Assembly (NCBI GenBank): GCA_023205875.1 | Contig: CP060755.1 | Span: 992,001 to 1,056,000 of the forward strand | Reading direction: 5' to 3' | Length of the DNA stretch: 64,000 bases | Source of the DNA: Chloropicon primus | Taxonomy: Eukaryota | Shown: in pieces, positions 54,713 through 64,000 of the stretch | Layout: the number at the start of each line of letters is the position of its first letter | How positions within the stretch are numbered: the first letter of the stretch is position 1 | Notes under the pieces: generated by a model | The model's database searches: none | Seen by the model: only the letters and a program-made list of their open reading frames with translations | What the model was told of the DNA's origin: nothing | Made by a program: the position numbers and the translations under genes

Positions 54713-55866
54713 TTACGCGCAGCCCGAGTAAGCGAACTCGAGGTCTTTCACCTTTTCGCAGTCGCCGATGAGCTTGGCATACTCCTCCTTGGTGTTTTCC
54801 AAGATCTGCTTGGTGTCCTCGAGGCCCTTCCAAACTTGCGGGACGTAGGCGTCGGTCAGCCCGGGCCAGAAAATTCCTGGAGCGTCCCCCACGGCCGCGG
54901 GTTTGTCCCTGGGAGAGGAGAGACGATGGGGACGAGGATGTCAGCACCTGATGGGGGGCGAGGGGCTTTCCGAGCAAGCTTACCTGAAGTAGGTGAAGAT
55001 GGTCTCCTTGACACTTGCGGGCACGTCGTCGATGGTGTCGTACTTGCTGGCGTCCGGATCGTTCGCGTTGATGAGAACGACTTTCCAGTCCGTCTCGTTG
55101 TCGTCGATCAGCCCGAGGGATCCCAGAACTTTCGCGACGTACGGGAAGCCGATGTCGGGCACGGCCGACCCAATGTCCAGCGCGTCGATGGGGTCGTTGT
55201 CCCCCTTGATTCCGGTCACGGGGTCCGGCTCGAGGCTGTTCTCCCAGGTCTGGGGGATCGCACCGTACGTGAAGGGGCTCGGGCCGTAGGCCACGTACCT
55301 GGGGGAGGGCAAGGAAGAGGCGGAAGAGGCGGAAGAGGCGGCGGTGTTATTGGTCGCGTCAGCCGAGGGCGATCGTTCGGGTAAGACTCTTACCTGGGCC
55401 TCTTGTACAGGAACTCCCCCGCGGAATTACTGACGTCCTTCGTGTCGTACTTGATGGGGTTCCCCTCCACGTCCTTGATGATTTCCAGCTTGCCTATCGC
55501 CCCCCTCCTGATCTCCGGGACGAAGTTGACGAGCACGGCCCCGCCGCTCGACTCCTCGGACCCATCCATCCCGGTCACCCTCTCCTCCGCGTACGTCGGA
55601 ATGGAGTGCCAGTACGACGCAGGCTCGCCGCCCTCCCCGTCCACGAGCGAGGCGGAGAACGCCAGGGCATCGTCGGGACTGTCGTGAGCGACAGAGAACC
55701 TCGAGGCAGCGGGCTCGAACGCCCCCTCCTCAAGCAGGCCGGTCGCGCCCTCGTAGCACCCGAGGTTTCCCGCCGCGTACTCGCAGGTCTCGCACGCTTC
55801 ACCGCTCACGACGACGACCAAGAGCGCCGCCGACAGCGCGGCAGCGAACCCCCTCCACGAAGCCAT
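54713..55866 (-). CDS. Family I inorganic pyrophosphatase with N-terminal signal peptide; introns 55299-55393, 54909-54983
   Basis: SYWHSIP, VNFVPEIRRG..KLEI, NPIKYD, YGAIPQTWE, GDNDPID, LIDDNETDWKV; exon 3 ends ...FAYSGCA*. Confidence 0.85.
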
Positions 55867-56195
55867 TTCGTTCATCTCGATTCGATCGCCCTCTCCCTCT
55901 CTCTCTCTCTCGACGCGCGCCAGCATTCGCCTCCCCTTTGACTTGAACTTCTGGGATGAGCGCGAAGCCAACCGTTTCAAAAAATATGCTCTGATGATGC
56001 TCTGATGATTCTCTGGTGCGCGCTGCAGCAAAGGCCTTTGTCTCGAACCGAATCTTGCCAAAGTCCCTGCTGTTGGCGGGGGTTGGGGTTCACTCGCCCC
56101 CTGTCCCCTGTTCCTTCGCCCTGCCACTCGTCCCTTCCTCTCGGGCCGTTACTGCGGTGCGGTGCGCTCCCCCCTGGCCGACAGAACAGAAAACC

Positions 56196-56820
56196 ATGGC
56201 CACGCCCACGACGACGACGGGCTTGACGTCGCACGACGAGGTTCTCGCGGAAGGTAAGGGGAGGAGGCGAGGGGGAGGAGCGGGAAGGGAGAAGGACACA
56301 GGGACGACGGTCGCCCTTCTTTCTTTCTTTCTCCCTCCCTCTCGAGAGTCGAGTCTCTCTCTGAGTGTTTTGATGGCGTGCTGAACTCAACATATCGCTC
56401 GCTCAACATCGTTTTTGTTCCCTTGCCCTTGCCTCAGAGTTCCTCAACGTCATCGACGGGTCCGTCCAGGACTGCCACGAGGAGGTGAGCTTGGTGCTGG
56501 AGAGCCAGCAGGAGCTGCAAAAGTCTCTGCACAGGCTTGGGGGCGAGGTGCAGAAAGTTTTCCAGAGGCTGCCTCGGACAGAAATCACGAAGAGGACGTC
56601 GAAGATCCCAGTGCTGAGGCGAAGGTGCCAGAGGCTGGGCTCCAAGGTCAAGGAGATCCAGGTGAGTTCACACGCGGCACGATTCAAAGCTTTGTCACCA
56701 CCACGTTCTCACCCCCAGTCGTTGCTTCTTTCTTTCTTTCTCTCTCTCTCTCAGGATCGCCTGGCGAGGATCTCCGTCATAGCAGAGGGTCTCCCCGCCC
56801 AGCAGGCCGGAACGTCCTAG
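56196..56820 (+). CDS. SNAPIN-like BLOC-1/BORC coiled-coil subunit; introns 56254-56437, 56662-56754
   Basis: Spliced product ...VSLVLESQQELQKSLHRL...KIPVLRRRCQRL..IQDRLARI resembles Snapin. Confidence 0.72.
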
Positions 56821-57011
56821 GAGGCCCGAGGCCTCTGCCCTCGAAGCTGAGAGCGGCTTTTGTTCCCCGGGGGGCGAGGGGGGGGATGAGTTGTTCCTCA
56901 GCTAGAAAAGAATTTTCTTCTTCTGTTAAGAACCTGTTGTTTTAGCTAATATAATAAACGAGGCAGTGGCGCGAAGTCGGTTTTCAGCCATCTTCGCCTT
57001 TCCTGGCCCAA

Positions 57012-58496
57012 TCACTCCGCCGATCCATCGTCATGCTCCGCGGCACCTTCCTCGGTCGTCTCGCCTGGGTTCGTCAAGGGCGGAGGCGTGCCATCGTACA
57101 GGCCTTGGATCTCGCTGATGTGCTCGGCGAGTTGCAGGCACTCTGGCTCTTCCCCGAGGTCGAGCAAATCTTGGAGGTAAATAGCCGCATACATCTCTTT
57201 CATTTGCGCGCAGTAGTTCTCTGCAAGGAAAGGGATCATCTCCTCCTTGGTCAGGTGAACGACGTTGTCCTCCTGGGTCACTCGAGTGGATGCCTTGTAC
57301 TTAAAGTCCTCGCCCCACCCCCGTCGCCACTCGTCGCAGTGCACGAAACCATCCTCGACGCGCTCATCGTAGTAGCCCAGGACAGTCTTAGCCTCGCTGA
57401 TTTTCCCCTGCATCATTTCGGCGTGCTTGACGTTGTCCGGGTGCTTGTCCGGGTGCCAAGTCCTCGAAGCGTCCCTGTAAGCTTTGTGGAGCTTCTTCTT
57501 GTCCGCCCCGATGTCTACCTTGAGGAGCTCTCTCGCTTCCAGTGGGGTCATCTCCTCCGAGTCCCAAGGCATGTAAGCCTCGGCGTAGAGAGCAGCAAAG
57601 AGCTTCTCACCAGGCTTTCGTGTCCACTTCTTGTCGCTGTACATGTCCCACATCAACATCCTTCCAGCCGTGATGTAGCTCCCCTTCGCGTGCTTTCCAA
57701 CGACGTGGCTCACTTCCGCAAGGGGGAGGCCGTGGTTCAAAGCCTTGCCAGTGAGAAGTTGGACTGTCCCGTTCCGGATCCAGTTGTTGGTCGAGATGTG
57801 GTAGCTTGGCCACAGCAGCAAAAAGACGATGAAGCCGAGTTTTGTGTGCTCCCTCGTCGTGTACTTGGAAGGGGTCTTCTTGTACCTGCGGGTCAGCAGG
57901 CAGACGATGGGTGGCAAGTACTCCTTGAAGGATATGAGGTATGGGATGTACCTTGGCGGCGCTCCTTTGTCCAGGAACACCATGGCCACTGTCGACAAAA
58001 GTCCGGACACCATCACAAGCGGCAAGCTGCCGTGGGCCCACTTGCTCGCAGTCGAAGCGTAAACGCAGTAAGAGCACAGCAAGCCGGTGAAAAGGTACAC
58101 GAGGGTCGCGATCATGTCGGGCCACTCGGGGAAGAAGTTGTACTTGAAGTTGAATATGATGAACCTGGAGAGTCCCTCAATCATGTACGACGCGTAAAAG
58201 TGGTCTATGAGTTCGAACGAAGGCTTTTTCCCAGCCTTGATTTTCTCCTTGATCTCGTCGTCGTACTTTGGGTCGTCGTTCGCCTCCCTCACGAGGTTCC
58301 CGAACCACCCGAAGCAGAACAGCCCGCAGAACCACATCGTGGAAGGGTAGTAGGGGTCCAAGAACGTGGCAAACAACACGCCTTTGACCACATTGCCCAA
58401 ATAAATGTGGTGCAAGCCTCCACACAGATACCAAAAGAGCACGCCCGAATTGGTGGCCGGACTCTTCTTGGCCTTGGCTTGGCCTTCACCCGCCAT
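57012..58496 (-). CDS. TM2-domain multi-pass membrane J-protein (DNAJC22/Wurst-like)
   Basis: N-terminal GGLHHIYLG (TM2), several TMs, J-domain AYRDASRTWHPDKH. Confidence 0.72.
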   Translation of the reverse strand: MAGEGQAKAKKSPATNSGVLFWYLCGGLHHIYLGNVVKGVLFATFLDPYYPSTMWFCGLFCFGWFGNLVREANDDPKYDDEIKEKIKAGKKPSFELIDHFYASYMIEGLSRFIIFNFKYNFFPEWPDMIATLVYLFTGLLCSYCVYASTASKWAHGSLPLVMVSGLLSTVAMVFLDKGAPPRYIPYLISFKEYLPPIVCLLTRRYKKTPSKYTTREHTKLGFIVFLLLWPSYHISTNNWIRNGTVQLLTGKALNHGLPLAEVSHVVGKHAKGSYITAGRMLMWDMYSDKKWTRKPGEKLFAALYAEAYMPWDSEEMTPLEARELLKVDIGADKKKLHKAYRDASRTWHPDKHPDNVKHAEMMQGKISEAKTVLGYYDERVEDGFVHCDEWRRGWGEDFKYKASTRVTQEDNVVHLTKEEMIPFLAENYCAQMKEMYAAIYLQDLLDLGEEPECLQLAEHISEIQGLYDGTPPPLTNPGETTEEGAAEHDDGSAE

Positions 58497-58911
58497 TGTC
58501 CTCTCCCTCTAAGGACTTTCTCTCCAACACAAGAGACCCTCCTGGTCTGCAAACCAAACGCGCGACGAAAAGATAGGGTTTCTCTCTCTCTCTCTCTGGT
58601 TTCGTCCTCCTCTCGTCGTACAGTCCAGGAGGAGAGCAGAGCAGAGGAGGGGAGAGCAGAGCAGAGGAGGGGAGAGGAGGGGAGGGGAGGGGAGGGGAGG
58701 GGCAGAGGAGAGAAGGAGCTTCTCTGCAGCTTTCGAGAGGCTTCAGGATTGGCGTGGCTTGAGAGAGAAAAACGAAACGGAGAGGGTGGGAGGATTGGAC
58801 GGAGAGGGACAGGTGGTGATGATGAGACTCTCTGGAAGGGGGGAGACTTTGGATAGGTGACGGGGTTGAGATAGAACGACTGCGATCGCTTTAGACAGGA
58901 CGACGAGAGCT

Positions 58912-60303
58912 ATGTTCATGGTGCTGCTCAAGTACGTCCCGGCCAATCGACGGCTCCCGGCGCTCGCTCTGTTCTTCCTCGGGATCTTCGTCGTTTCCTT
59001 GTTCCTCGTGGACTTGGACTCCGCCGAGGAGGTGGGCAAGGGCCTCGAGCACGCTCAGGGGAGGGGGTCTTGGGGCTCGGGGCTCGGGGCGCACCGGGAA
59101 GCGGGGGAGGCAGACGCAGCACCGGCGTCTGGGATCCAGATTACCCACGGCAAGATCAGCACTGGGTACAACTACAAGATGTTTGTGTACGAGGAAGACA
59201 TACCGAGAGAGCTGTACGGGTCGTTCAAGCACGATCTCCACTGCCAGAGCGAATACAGCGGAGTCGAGGCTCTCTTCCCTGCGATATTGAAACGCCTCGA
59301 CGTTTACACGCCGTTCAGCGACACCGCGGACTACTACGTGGTCCCGGTGATGACCGAGTGCTTTTTGAACAAAAAGCTGCTCATGGGGAAGGACTTCAAC
59401 TGGGCGGTGAAGGACCTGAATTCCCTGTTCGAATCGACCTTGGACGAGATCCAGTCCTCGTACCCGCACTGGTCGAGGACCGAAGGCAGGGACCACATTT
59501 TCGTTTTCCCTTCGGAGAGGGGGCCCTCTCTCCTGAACGCGGCAAACATGCAGAGAATAAGTAAGTCCATCTTCCTCACCGGGCTGACTTCCTACAGGCC
59601 CACGGTATTCGAGCCGTGGAAGGACATTACCGTGCCTGCGTTCAACCGCCCGGAGAATGGCAGCGACAGCGACGGCTCGGTCCAAGGTGACACCTCGAAA
59701 GAAAACCGAGACATTTTCGTCCACTTTCGGGGAGCCGTGCCTGGTTTGGAAGACAAGCAGCCCTCGGGCTTGACCCACGAGCTCCAAATGGCCCTCGAGG
59801 AGTACGGTTTGGACAAAGAGTACGTGTTCAAGGACCTTGACGAGGACTGCCCGGACTTGGCTTGCGTCAGGCGTGAAATGAAAAGGAGCACGTTCTGCCT
59901 CTGCCCCGGGGGAGACTTCGAGGGCTGGAGCCTCCGGCTTTACAAGGCCATCTCGGCGGGCTGCATCCCTGTGATCCTTGCGGACCAAGCAGAGCTGCCC
60001 TTCGCACAGCTGCTCGACTACTCGAAATTTAGCGTCAAGATTCTGGAGAGGGAGGTGGACCGAGTCCCCATGCTTTTGAATGAGATGGGCCCGACGAAGA
60101 TCAAGAACAAGCAGGCGGAGTTGAGGAAAGCAAAGGAAAAGCTGTCGTGGGACTACACGATTCGGGACGCCAAGGGGAACCCGATGTGGAAAGGCGCCTC
60201 TGCTCTCGACTCCCTTCTCAAGGTCCTCCAACTGAAGCTTCGATTTATGCGGAACTCGCCGTACCACTTTTGGGTCAAGGAGGAGAACGCGGTGACCGAG
60301 TGA
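58912..60303 (+). CDS. Exostosin-family (GT47) glycosyltransferase
   Basis: Type II TM, ADYYVVP, WSRTEGRDHIF, STFCLCPGG, AISAGCIPVILAD..LPF. Confidence 0.9.
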   Translation: MFMVLLKYVPANRRLPALALFFLGIFVVSLFLVDLDSAEEVGKGLEHAQGRGSWGSGLGAHREAGEADAAPASGIQITHGKISTGYNYKMFVYEEDIPRELYGSFKHDLHCQSEYSGVEALFPAILKRLDVYTPFSDTADYYVVPVMTECFLNKKLLMGKDFNWAVKDLNSLFESTLDEIQSSYPHWSRTEGRDHIFVFPSERGPSLLNAANMQRISKSIFLTGLTSYRPTVFEPWKDITVPAFNRPENGSDSDGSVQGDTSKENRDIFVHFRGAVPGLEDKQPSGLTHELQMALEEYGLDKEYVFKDLDEDCPDLACVRREMKRSTFCLCPGGDFEGWSLRLYKAISAGCIPVILADQAELPFAQLLDYSKFSVKILEREVDRVPMLLNEMGPTKIKNKQAELRKAKEKLSWDYTIRDAKGNPMWKGASALDSLLKVLQLKLRFMRNSPYHFWVKEENAVTE

Positions 60304-60507
60304 TCCAATATGATGTACTAGTAACAGAGGCCAAATCGATTTTTTTGCTCGTTGCTGGCCGGCCGGGCCACCGCGAGAACTTGACGTGGGAGGGACAACT
60401 TCCAGTCGAAAATATGTGTGTGTATATGCTTTACAACAATTATGCTACAAAACCATCCTAGAGTCTACATTCTAGACCGGTGGACCTCCCGCCTCAGCGG
60501 CATCCAC

Positions 60508-61389
60508 TCAGCCCTGTCCCAACAACATCGACGCCGCTTCGTTCAAGTTGTTGTTTGTCTGCCTCAAAGCCTCAGATGCGACCCCCGTATCGAAACCCAT
60601 ACTCTCCAGCATCTGCAGGGCTTGGGGGTGGGGCTCCGCCGGCCTTGCCCCACCAAATAAGCCCGTGCCTTGCTGGTTCTGCCCCCCACCTTCCCCCCGC
60701 CCAGGTTCCCTTCGAATTTGGACGAACCTCCCGTACCTGACCTTCACCTTGTCGTAGTCCGCGCCCTCGAACACCTTCCCGCAGGCCTGGGACAGGAAGG
60801 ACGGCAGCTCCACCCTCCCGAGACTCAAGAAATTGGTCTGGTAAGCCAGCCCAAAGAGCCAGCCCACGGCACCAAGGGAAAAGGACTTCCACCCCCGACC
60901 GACGATCAGATGCAGCGCGGCCACGTAAACGAACACGTTGTTCGTCACCTGAAGCCCTCCGAAGACTTCCAGCGAAGCGATGGACGGCACGGTAAGCCAG
61001 AAGGCCGCTATGAGGGCGAAGACGGCTGTGAGGGGTCCGTCACAGAATCCGCCCTTGAAGACGTCCGGCCACAAAGCCGAGAGGGCGGCCCGCGCGAGGG
61101 ACTGGACCACAGACGCCAGCAGGATCATGGTCGCCGTCTTCCTGCTTCCCTTGACCCTCTCCACCTCCTTAAGCCAATACAAAAGCAAAGTCCCCACGAT
61201 GATTTCCGAGCCCGTCGACCAGCACAAAAGCTCGAATCCCCTCGCAGGAAGCTGTACCTTGTCTTGGCCGAGGACGAGCGAGAGTCCCAGACTCGCGAAG
61301 AGCAGTGCCCTCGTCACTGGCACCCCATCGAGTCCTCCCCCCGCCTCCTTCCGGTACACAACCTCCCTCCTCCTCTCCCCCTCCCTCAT
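60508..61389 (-). CDS. UBAC2/Dsc2-like rhomboid pseudoprotease with C-terminal UBA
   Basis: PVTRALL, LLLYWLKEVERVKGSRK, multiple TMs, LESMGF...EALRQTNNNLNEAASML. Confidence 0.8.
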   Translation of the reverse strand: MREGERRREVVYRKEAGGGLDGVPVTRALLFASLGLSLVLGQDKVQLPARGFELLCWSTGSEIIVGTLLLYWLKEVERVKGSRKTATMILLASVVQSLARAALSALWPDVFKGGFCDGPLTAVFALIAAFWLTVPSIASLEVFGGLQVTNNVFVYVAALHLIVGRGWKSFSLGAVGWLFGLAYQTNFLSLGRVELPSFLSQACGKVFEGADYDKVKVRYGRFVQIRREPGRGEGGGQNQQGTGLFGGARPAEPHPQALQMLESMGFDTGVASEALRQTNNNLNEAASMLLGQG

Positions 61390-61599
61390 TCTCTTCCTTT
61401 TTCACAACCTCCCCCCCCGCTTAAAACCTCTCAAGATTGGATCTTGGGAGAGGAGGCGCGCTTTGCGACCGAGGAAGAGGAGGCGTGGAGAAGGGGCCTT
61501 CCTGGGTGGTGTGACTGTGATTGATCGTCGTTTTGCAAGGAGGGTTTGGCCGCCACCGGTTTTGGGGGGAACTCTGGTTTTGAGAACCTCCAAGGAAAA

Positions 61600-62970
61600 A
61601 TGAGGTCGAGTTTCACCGAGTGGATCACGAGGCCGAGGCAGATACTGATCCTGTTCGCAATAACACTTGCCGTGGCAGCCATATCGGCCAGCAACAACAT
61701 ACACCGGTGCCATGCCAGGAAGGTGGGGCAGGGGAAGCAGAGGTACCAGATGAGGGACCACCACGTGGGCAACGGGGTCGAGAGCGGTGGTAGTCGGCAC
61801 TGGGACGAGTCCGTGGTGAAGCAGCTCGCCCAAGGAGCCAAGGCGTTTGCTTTCGGCAACCAGGCCTCGCTGACGGGCAAGGAGGCCACCCTAGTGAACC
61901 AGATCTCGGACAAGCTCGTGGAGACAGTAGCCGAGGAGGACATCGAGGCGGACATGGCCGAGGAGTTGGGCATGCAAGAGGAGGACGCCGCTGGAGAGGT
62001 CAACGAGGAATTGGCGGACGCCTCGGGGAGACCTGGAGGAGCGTCCAGCAGCAGCAAATCCGGGGGAAGCCGCCCCAGGGGCTCGAGGGACCACCGGTTC
62101 TCCAAGCCCTCCGAGAGCTCAGGTTTCTGCCCGGCCATCCACAGGCGCGAGGACGGCACCTGCGACCGCAGTGGCGTGCCCGAGTCCCTGCAAAAGTACT
62201 TCAAGGGATCTTTCGGCGGGGACTTGATCCTCACGTCGACCAGCCTCAGGAACAAGAGCGTCATTGCCGTGTCGTCGTCCCCCGGGAAGACCCGCAAGTC
62301 AAAGCTGATGGATGTCAACAGCCACCTGCTCGACCTCTTGCCGAAGGAGGACCAAATCTTCGGCAAGAACTTCACGACCTGTGCGGTGATCGGGAGCTCT
62401 GGCATCTTGCTGAAGTACCAGAACGGCAAGGAAATCGATGGCCATGACATGGTCCTTCGGTTCAACAGCGCCAGAACCAAGGGGTTCGAGAAGCACGTGG
62501 GGGGGAAGACGACCCACAGGCTGACAAACTCAAGAAACTTCGGCTTCAGAGAGAGCAAGTCCGAGCAAGTCCTGGTGCACTTGAGGACCCCAGGGGCGAT
62601 GAGAGCGCTCGTGCAGCGCCTGAAGAACAAAACAAAGTCCGTCCTGTACGGGCTGAACCCCCCGTGGTACTCTTACATGGACAAGAGCCTGCACTTCTTG
62701 TCGACGAGCGGGTTGAACGGGATCTTGATAGCGTTGCACAGGTGTGAGCGGGTCAGGCTGTATGGTTTCCATGTCCACCCCCGGCACGGGGTGCCTTACC
62801 ACTACTACAACGTCAAGGACAAGCCCGCAAACGTGGGGAGGGATGACAACGAGTGGCTCGTGGTGAAGCACCTCATCGAGAACAAGTTCGTGGAGCTTGG
62901 GGAGCCGTGCATCCTCGAGTGCAACGAGAACGAGTCGGAGTGCCAAAAGTGCGTCAAAGCGAATCAGTGA
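61600..62970 (+). CDS. GT29 sialyltransferase-like protein
   Basis: Type II TM; motif L CAVIGSSGIL..GKEIDGHDMVLRFN..VGGKTT; motif S STSG..ALHRC..LYGF; motif III YHYY. Confidence 0.88.
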   Translation: MRSSFTEWITRPRQILILFAITLAVAAISASNNIHRCHARKVGQGKQRYQMRDHHVGNGVESGGSRHWDESVVKQLAQGAKAFAFGNQASLTGKEATLVNQISDKLVETVAEEDIEADMAEELGMQEEDAAGEVNEELADASGRPGGASSSSKSGGSRPRGSRDHRFSKPSESSGFCPAIHRREDGTCDRSGVPESLQKYFKGSFGGDLILTSTSLRNKSVIAVSSSPGKTRKSKLMDVNSHLLDLLPKEDQIFGKNFTTCAVIGSSGILLKYQNGKEIDGHDMVLRFNSARTKGFEKHVGGKTTHRLTNSRNFGFRESKSEQVLVHLRTPGAMRALVQRLKNKTKSVLYGLNPPWYSYMDKSLHFLSTSGLNGILIALHRCERVRLYGFHVHPRHGVPYHYYNVKDKPANVGRDDNEWLVVKHLIENKFVELGEPCILECNENESECQKCVKANQ

Positions 62971-62979
62971 TCGCGGAAA

Positions 62980-63349
62980 TCAGTGTTTTACAAAGAGCGG
63001 CGACAAGCTTTTGCCCTGCAGACCCTTGCCCAAGTCGCTGGCCACTTCGGAGACCAGCAGACGGAGGGGCCCCCTGTACGCATCGAAAAGCAGGTGGAGG
63101 TATGGCTTGTAGCACGGCTTGGCGGTGGGACCGGGGCCAGCCCCGCCTGAGTTTTTGCCTCTCGCCAGGCCCTCGTGCTCGAGGAAGACTCCCGTTTGGA
63201 ACTGCTCGGGCCTCCGAAACCTGCGCCACAACTGTGTCAAGGGGAACCGCTCGGCCCCCAGAGCCAAGACTTGTACAATTAGCATTGTAAACTAAACGTG
63301 TGTTTGAGTAGCGCTCTTTGGAGTCAGTTTCTGTTGTTGTTTGTGTGTC

Positions 63350-63392
<43 letters not shown>

Positions 63393-64000
63393 ACATCTTG
63401 CTTCCAAGGTCTCTTTTCAGAAAGAGCGAAGGCGGTGGGGGTGTCGATTGGACTTACCTTTAAGCAAACGACGATGAGGAGCCAGAACGCGTAGTAAACC
63501 AAAACTGTCGGGAGCAAGAATAGCAAAGGCGTGAGCAGCAAAACCCCGACGATGACGTGCTCCAGCATGAAGTTGTCCGAATGATCTCCCGCGGTGTCCT
63601 GCCACCTCCCCCGAAACAGGAGATACATTTCCCTCGAAAGCCGCAGGTGGCACCGCAGCGCCAAGGAGTGCGCGTAGTACAGGCCAACGTAGGGAGAGGC
63701 CAGGAGCAGGACCACGTCAGCCAAGAAGGAGAGCCCCGCCTCCAACCCGAAAAACCCTGGCACCACGGGGAAGACCACCCCCGTGTAGCTCACAATCGCG
63801 TCGAACAAGTGCGCACTGGAGGTGGCTTCGATCGCAAACAAGCTTGACCTGGCGAAGAAGTGGCTGAGGTCATCATACAGCTTGAGGCCCCCCGGAGCGT
63901 CGTCGAGAACGGACAGGGAACGCAGGACGACGTCCTCCTCGAAACGTTCCCGGAACTCGAGCGCGGCTGTGGTCGCTCGCAGCCGGGTGCCCTCTCTCAA
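62980..64000 (-). CDS. PIGQ: GPI-GlcNAc transferase subunit Gpi1/PIG-Q; 5' end outside window; intron 63292-63457
   Basis: LLFRGR, EHVIVGVLLLTPLLFLLPTVLVYY; last exon FTMLIVQ..RFPL..RRPEQFQTGVFLE. Confidence 0.82.
63356..63391 (+). repeat. (TG)n microsatellite inside the PIG-Q intron
   Basis: Perfect TG run. Confidence 0.9.

Noticed and set aside
62954..63457. ORF-track C-terminus of PIG-Q with HTHTHT repeats overlapping the GT29 gene
   Set aside because: Artefact of reading through the 166-nt intron. The spliced frame ends at 62980 with Gpi1-like sequence.

Overview
Gene-dense eukaryotic nuclear DNA from a compact green alga. Support: short GT-AG introns with CTGAC branch points, TGTAA poly(A) signals, plastid-targeted proteins and GA-rich leaders. 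The style resembles a picoplanktonic prasinophyte such as Chloropicon, which is inference only. About 37 protein-coding genes were reconstructed, many spliced by hand; family assignments come from recalled motifs, not database searches. No rRNA, tRNA, CRISPR or clear transposon was seen. The main finding is a gene the ORF track truncates (18472-18804, minus strand). It encodes a DUF3253-family protein with an in-frame TGA at the position of the family's conserved Cys (KTC-U-PSE). A well-formed eukaryotic SECIS hairpin (18493-18577) lies inside its own coding sequence, making it a candidate new selenoprotein with a CDS-embedded SECIS. It sits beside a Bacteroidetes-like anmK and a TetX-like flavin monooxygenase. 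Other highlights: a CDCA7-type zinc finger fused to an MMS22-like/OB/UBA protein, a SYCP2/Red1-like meiotic axis protein with a Tudor insert, a ligand-degenerate DUF3050 next to a type II thioesterase, a signal-peptide-bearing pyrophosphatase, and an asparagine synthetase with a transit-peptide-like C-terminal tail.
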